From an uncultured Candidatus Rokubacteria bacterium (GTDB taxonomy: Bacteria; Methylomirabilota; Methylomirabilia; Rokubacteriales; CSP1-6), in the NCBI GenBank assembly GCA_963789955.1, contig CAWBMV010000037.1:128001-192000 (forward strand): 64,000 nucleotides of DNA, given 5' to 3'. Positions 59,588 through 64,000 of this stretch are shown here, piece by piece. Numbering within the stretch: position 1 is the stretch's first letter; each line of letters begins with the position of its first letter. The translations under genes and the position numbers were made by a program. The notes beneath the pieces were generated by a model that saw only the letters and a program-made list of their open reading frames with translations, did not search any database and had not been told where the DNA came from.

Positions 59588-60684
59588 TTGCACTTTTCCG
59601 ACACGCGTCTGGCGGCCGTCTGGGACAAGGTCCGCGACGGCGGGCGCCTGAGCCGTGAGGACGGCCTCTTGCTATTCGAGACCGAGGATCTGCTGGGCCT
59701 CGGACGCATGGCCGACCACGTCAAGACCGCGCGCGAGGGCGACCGCGCCTATTTCGTCCTCAACCGGTACATCTCGCCGACCAACATCTGCGTGCTCTCG
59801 TGCGCCTTCTGCGGCTTCGCCCGAAAGAAGGGCGAAGACGGCGCGTTCGAGTACACGGTCGAGGACATCGTCGGCATGGTCAGCGAGGAGGTTCGCGAGG
59901 TCCACATCGTCGGCGGCCACCATCCGGACTGGCCGTTCGAGTACTACGAGCGGATCATCGGCGGCCTCCACGCGGCGCGTCCCTGGGTGCAGATCAAGGC
60001 CTTCACCGCCGCCGAGATCGATTACTTCTGGCGGCGCTGGAAGGTCGAGCCGGTGGAAGCGCTCACGCGGCTGAAGGCCGCCGGGTTGCAGACGATGCCG
60101 GGCGGCGGCGCCGAGATCTTCTCGTCGCGCGTGAGCAAGCTCTTGCGCTATGCGGGCAAGGCCGACGGCGACCGCTGGTGCGAGATCCACGGGATCGCCC
60201 ACTCGCTCGGGATCCGCACCAACGCCACCATGCTCTACGGCCACGTGGAGACCCACGCCGAGCGGGTCGATCACCTGATCCGCCTGCGCGAGCAGCAGGA
60301 CCGCTCCGGCGGCTTCCTCACCTTCATCGCCCTGCCCTATCAGGTCGGGACGACGACGCTCGTGCCGCGCTCGACGCCGCCGGCCGACAACTTGCGCACG
60401 ATCGCGGCCGCGCGTCTGCTGCTCGACAATTTTCCGCACATCGAGGCGTACTGGGTGCTGCTCGGCGAGGAGACGGCGTCGATCGCGCTGCACTTCGGCG
60501 CCGACGACGTGAACGGCACGCTCGAGGACGAGCGCGTGCAGCACATGGCGGGCGCCGAGACGCCGGCCGGCCTCGCGCGCGAGCAGCTCTTCCGGATCAT
60601 CCGCGATGCGGGCAAGGTGCCGGTCGAGCGCGACGCGCTGTACAACGTGATCCGCGTCTGGGATCGCGAGGGGTGGCGGCCTAG
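59588..60684 (+). CDS. mqnE: Aminofutalosine synthase (radical SAM); reads through into mqnC in this sequence
   Basis: Motifs TNICVLSCAFC, EVHIVGG, KAFTAAE, PGGGAEIF, LLLDNFPHI and PVERD. TATAAT at 59546 and a GGAGGA RBS. Confidence 0.85.
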
Positions 60685-60688
60685 CCCG

Positions 60689-61762
60689 ATGCTCGAGACT
60701 ATTCGGGACAAGGTTCTCGACGCTAAGCGGCTCGATCGCGCTGAAGGTCGCTGGCTCCTCGCCGAGGCGCCGCTGCTCGCGCTGGGCGCCCTCGCCGCCG
60801 AGGCCCGCTACGCGCGCTTCCCCGAGAAGGTCGTCACGTTCGTGATCGACTCGAATCCCAACTACACGAACGTCTGCATCACCGACTGCCAGTTCTGCGC
60901 CTTCTACCGCAAGCCGGGCGATCCCGAGGCCTACACCCTGACGGTCGAGGAGGTGCTGGCCAAGATCGAGTTCGCGGCGTCCAAGGGCGCCACGACCGTG
61001 CTGCTGCAGGGCGGTCACAACCCGGCGCTGCCCCTCGACTACTACACGACGATCGTGCGCGAGACGCGGCGCCGGTTCCCCGAGGTCACGCCGCACTTCT
61101 TCACCGCCTCGGAGATCCGCACGGTCGCGCAGGTGGAGAAGATCTCGGTCGGTGACGTCCTCGATCGCCTCTGGGAAGCCGGGCAGCGGACACTGCCGGG
61201 CGGCGGCGCCGAGGTGCTGTCAGAGCGCGTACGCCGGCGGATCGAGCCCAAGAAGGGCGGACCGGAAACCTGGCTCGAGGTGCACCGCGAGGCCCATCGC
61301 CGCGGCTTCAAGTCGACGGCGACGATGATGTACGGCCACGTCGAGGAGGTCGACGACCTCCTCGAGCACCTGGACGTGATCCGCGAGCTCCAGGACGCGT
61401 TCGGCGGCTTCACGGCCTTCGTGCCGTGGTCCTTCAAGCCCAACAACACCCTGCTCGAGAAGTGGATCAAGCATCCGAAGGGTCCGAACATGTACCTGCG
61501 CATGCTCGCGGTCTCGCGCCTCTATCTCGACAATTTCCCTCACGTCCAGGCCTCGTGGTTCTCGGAAGGCAAGCGCACCGGCCAGATCGCGCTCCACTTC
61601 GGCGCCGACGACTGGGGCGGCACCTTGCTCGAAGAGAACGTGCACAAGGCCGCGGCGTTCGTGAACACGATCGGCGTCGACGAGATCGTCACGTTGATCC
61701 GCGACGCCGGCTTCACCCCCGCCCAGCGCACGACCGAGTACGAGATCCTGAAGCGTTACTGA
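60689..61762 (+). CDS. mqnC: Cyclic dehypoxanthinyl futalosine synthase (radical SAM)
   Basis: Motifs NYTNVCITDCQFCAFY, LLQGG, TATMMYG, QASW and EENV. Confidence 0.85.
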   Translation: MLETIRDKVLDAKRLDRAEGRWLLAEAPLLALGALAAEARYARFPEKVVTFVIDSNPNYTNVCITDCQFCAFYRKPGDPEAYTLTVEEVLAKIEFAASKGATTVLLQGGHNPALPLDYYTTIVRETRRRFPEVTPHFFTASEIRTVAQVEKISVGDVLDRLWEAGQRTLPGGGAEVLSERVRRRIEPKKGGPETWLEVHREAHRRGFKSTATMMYGHVEEVDDLLEHLDVIRELQDAFGGFTAFVPWSFKPNNTLLEKWIKHPKGPNMYLRMLAVSRLYLDNFPHVQASWFSEGKRTGQIALHFGADDWGGTLLEENVHKAAAFVNTIGVDEIVTLIRDAGFTPAQRTTEYEILKRY

Positions 61763-61782
61763 GCGGCGGGGGCGACGCCCCG

Positions 61783-62190
61783 CTACTTGATCACTTCGTC
61801 GGCGCGACCCAGAATCTCTGGCGAGATCGTCACGCCGAGCGCCTTCGCGGTCTTGAGGTTGATGACGAGCTCGAAGGTCGCCGGACGCGCGACCGGCAGC
61901 TCCTCCGGCTTGGTGCCCTTCAGAATGCGATCGACGTAGCTCGCCAGACCTCGGAACATCTCGGTCATGCTTGGACCATAGGACATGAGCCCGCCGTCTG
62001 CTACGTAGTCCCGGAACTCGTAGATCGCGGGTAGTCGATACTTGGCGGCAAGCTCGATCAGCACGCGGCGCTGCGCGCCGAAGATCGGGGACGGCAACAC
62101 TTGAATGGCGCCGGCGCGCTCGCGCTGTGCCGTCTTGAAGGCGTTCTCGTATTCCCCGACCGCGGCGACTCTCAACGTACGGACCGTGAG
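61783..62190 (-). pseudogene. C-terminal fragment of an ABC_sub_bind-type substrate-binding protein
   Basis: Motifs RLPAIY..GGLMSYG..VDRILKG.KP..LPV..FELVINLKTAKALG..RADEVI; the N-terminal portion is missing. Confidence 0.75.
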
Positions 62191-62225
62191 ATCGCAGTCC
62201 AGCCGACCGTTCCGACGCTTCCCGG

Positions 62226-63055
62226 CTAAATCGGGTCGATCGGCGGAATCTCGGCGATCACGCCCCTTGGCGTGCGCCATCGCGAAGAGACGCTCGATCG
62301 CCGCGCGACCGTCTCGGCCGAGCGCGAGCGTGTAGTCGTTGACGTACATGAGCACGAACCGGCGGCACGTTTCCTTGTCGATTCCGCGGCCGTAGCGCAT
62401 CGCGTAGTCGAGCGCCTCGTCGATGTTCGCGTAGGCCCAGGCGATCGAGTCGCGCAGCCCCTGCGAGAGCGCGCGATGGAGATCCTCACCCATGTCCCGG
62501 CGCATCACGTTGACACCGAGCGGCAGCGGCAGACCGGTGTCCCGTTGCCATTCTTCGCCCAGGTCGAGAACCTTCGTCAGCCCCATCGTCTGGTGGGTAA
62601 TCTGGCCTTCGTGAATCAGTAGAGCCCAGATCGGCCTGCCCGTCCAGCACGGCTTGAGGAATCTTGTCGAAGGCGACCTCGATCAACGGCGGATCGCCGA
62701 CGTACAGGCTCAGGAGCAGCGCCGACGTCGTGTGCTTGCCGGGGATCGCCACCACGCGATTCTCGAGCTCGGCCCGTGGCACCGGCCCGCGGGCGACCAG
62801 GATCGGGCCGTAGCCCTTCCCCATCGACGAGCCGGGATCCATCATGCGGTAGCGATCGGCGATGAGCAGGTAGGTCGCGAAGGACACCGCGGTCACCTCG
62901 AGCTCGGCGGTGCGCGAGCGGCGATTCAGCGATTCGATGTCCTCGAGCACGTGCTCGATCGTCACCCCGGGAATCTTCACCTTCCCGGCCGTGAGCGCAT
63001 AGAACATGAACGCGTCGTCCGCGTCGGGGCTGTGACCGATCCTCACCGTGGTCAT
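62226..63055 (-). CDS. mqnD: 1,4-dihydroxy-6-naphthoate synthase family (frameshifts)
   Basis: Motifs GHSPDADDAFMFY, DIESLN, GYGP, IHEGQ, LPLPLG and MYVN. Confidence 0.85.
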
Positions 63056-63129
63056 CGAAGACTCCTTGATAGGGTCGTGCCGTGGCACGTGCTCCTGCGA
63101 TTGTAGGTCAGCGGGCGGGTCCGAGGAAA

Positions 63130-63687
63130 CTAGGCGCCGGCAAAGCCGAGCCGAAACTCGCCGGCCCGGATCGCGCGGATGATCGCGTCGCGGCTGCGCT
63201 TGGCGTCGACTTCGACCCACGCCTGGCCGAAATGAATCGAGCCGTGCGCGTCGTCGGTCGCGACCTTCACGAGCGGGATCTCGGACGACTCGTAGATCGG
63301 GTGGCGCCGGCCGGTCTCGGTCACTTCGATCGCGTCGAGCTTGAGCCCCCCGGCGCCGATGCGCCGGATGCGCTCGAGCGTCTGGGCCACGCTGAGGTGG
63401 TAGCGCGCCGGATGGTTCAGCACGTGCAGCGTCTCGCGCTCGCCGGACACCTTGCCGATGTGCTGGTCGAAGCGCGACCAGTTCAGCTCGACGCCGTGGA
63501 ATAGCAGGAGCTTCGACGAAACACGGGGAATCGCATCCCAGTAGCGCTCGTCGATCCAGTTCTCGTGATCGGTGATGGCGAGGAAGTCGTAGCCGAGCGC
63601 TTCGTAGGCGGCGACGAGCTGCGCCGGTTCCTTGACGCCGTCCGAGAACGTGGTGTGCGCGTGGAGGTTACCCCGGAGCCAGGGCAT
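63130..63687 (-). CDS. PHP domain protein
   Basis: Motifs NLHAHTTFSDG, AITDH, NHP and DDAH. Confidence 0.82.
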   Translation of the reverse strand: MPWLRGNLHAHTTFSDGVKEPAQLVAAYEALGYDFLAITDHENWIDERYWDAIPRVSSKLLLFHGVELNWSRFDQHIGKVSGERETLHVLNHPARYHLSVAQTLERIRRIGAGGLKLDAIEVTETGRRHPIYESSEIPLVKVATDDAHGSIHFGQAWVEVDAKRSRDAIIRAIRAGEFRLGFAGA

Positions 63688-63729
63688 CAGCCTCTCGCTT
63701 CCCGGGAAGCGTCCGGTCGCGTCACGGAT

Positions 63730-64000
63730 TCAGGGCTTCGGATTGGGGGCGGGGCGGCGGGCGGGCGGTGGGCCATCCCACGTCATCGAGAACCCGAACG
63801 CGAAGACACCGTTGCTCTCGGGCCAGCCAGTGGCCGCCGCCCCGATCGGCGTGGTCGGCGACATCCACCCGGAGATACCGTAACGCCCGGTCGACTTCGG
63901 AGTCTCGTAAGGCTTGGACGACCGGTCCGACGAACGCGGGATCGTACTGGACCTGGCCGCCTCGCGGATACTTGTCCGCATCACCCGGCCGTGTCTCCTC
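63730..64000 (-). CDS. Hypothetical protein, 3' part (probably continues beyond the window)
   Basis: Coding-like frame ...GRYGISGWMSP...FAFGFSMTWDGPP...*. Confidence 0.4.
   Translation of the reverse strand, partial: RRHGRVMRTSIREAARSSTIPRSSDRSSKPYETPKSTGRYGISGWMSPTTPIGAAATGWPESNGVFAFGFSMTWDGPPPARRPAPNPKP

Noticed and set aside
361..61096. Many long antisense or off-frame ORFs (e.g. 7681-9705, 12219-14438, 49539-51812)
   Set aside because: These are shadow ORFs of real genes in very high-GC DNA, Arg/Ala-rich and without family motifs.
61783..62586. MqnD-binding protein fusion
   Set aside because: The true mqnD end (…PPIDPI*) is in another frame at 62226.
1..64000. tRNA, rRNA or selenocysteine recoding
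   Set aside because: No cloverleaf, rRNA-like tract or in-frame UGA at a catalytic Cys position was noticed by eye; no scan was run.

Overview
This is a very GC-rich, gene-dense bacterial chromosomal segment with about 65 genes. A Candidatus Rokubacteria-like origin is inferred from the gene repertoire but cannot be proven from this window. About 18 otherwise intact genes carry single-base frameshifts, which suggests long-read consensus errors. Main contents: a VapBC toxin-antitoxin pair; a thiS-thiG-thiE-thiO operon under a TPP riboswitch; a Rieske oxygenase, acetyl-CoA synthetase and site-2 protease run; a sugar ABC transporter with a GH51 arabinofuranosidase; ygfZ/yyaL and mutY/mutT; a catabolic region (CoA ligase, crotonases, P450 with ferredoxin, a split Liv-type ABC transporter, racemase, amidohydrolase, ThDP enzyme) interrupted by a DUF222-HNH element; terC, ubiD and a CoA ligase; a long minus-strand run (maoC x2, ilvD, methyltransferase, queG, VOC, coxL-like, def, REC, ferritin-like, sirB1); a MesD-type methionine synthase; and futalosine-pathway genes mqnE, mqnC and mqnD. 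The most unusual signal is a ~1.6 kb integrase-free cassette (56803-58465). It is bounded by a perfect 32-bp direct repeat and carries a TPR-roadblock fusion gene plus a stand-alone roadblock gene with no GTPase. No rRNA, tRNA or CRISPR array was seen. All family assignments come from motif recognition, not database searches.
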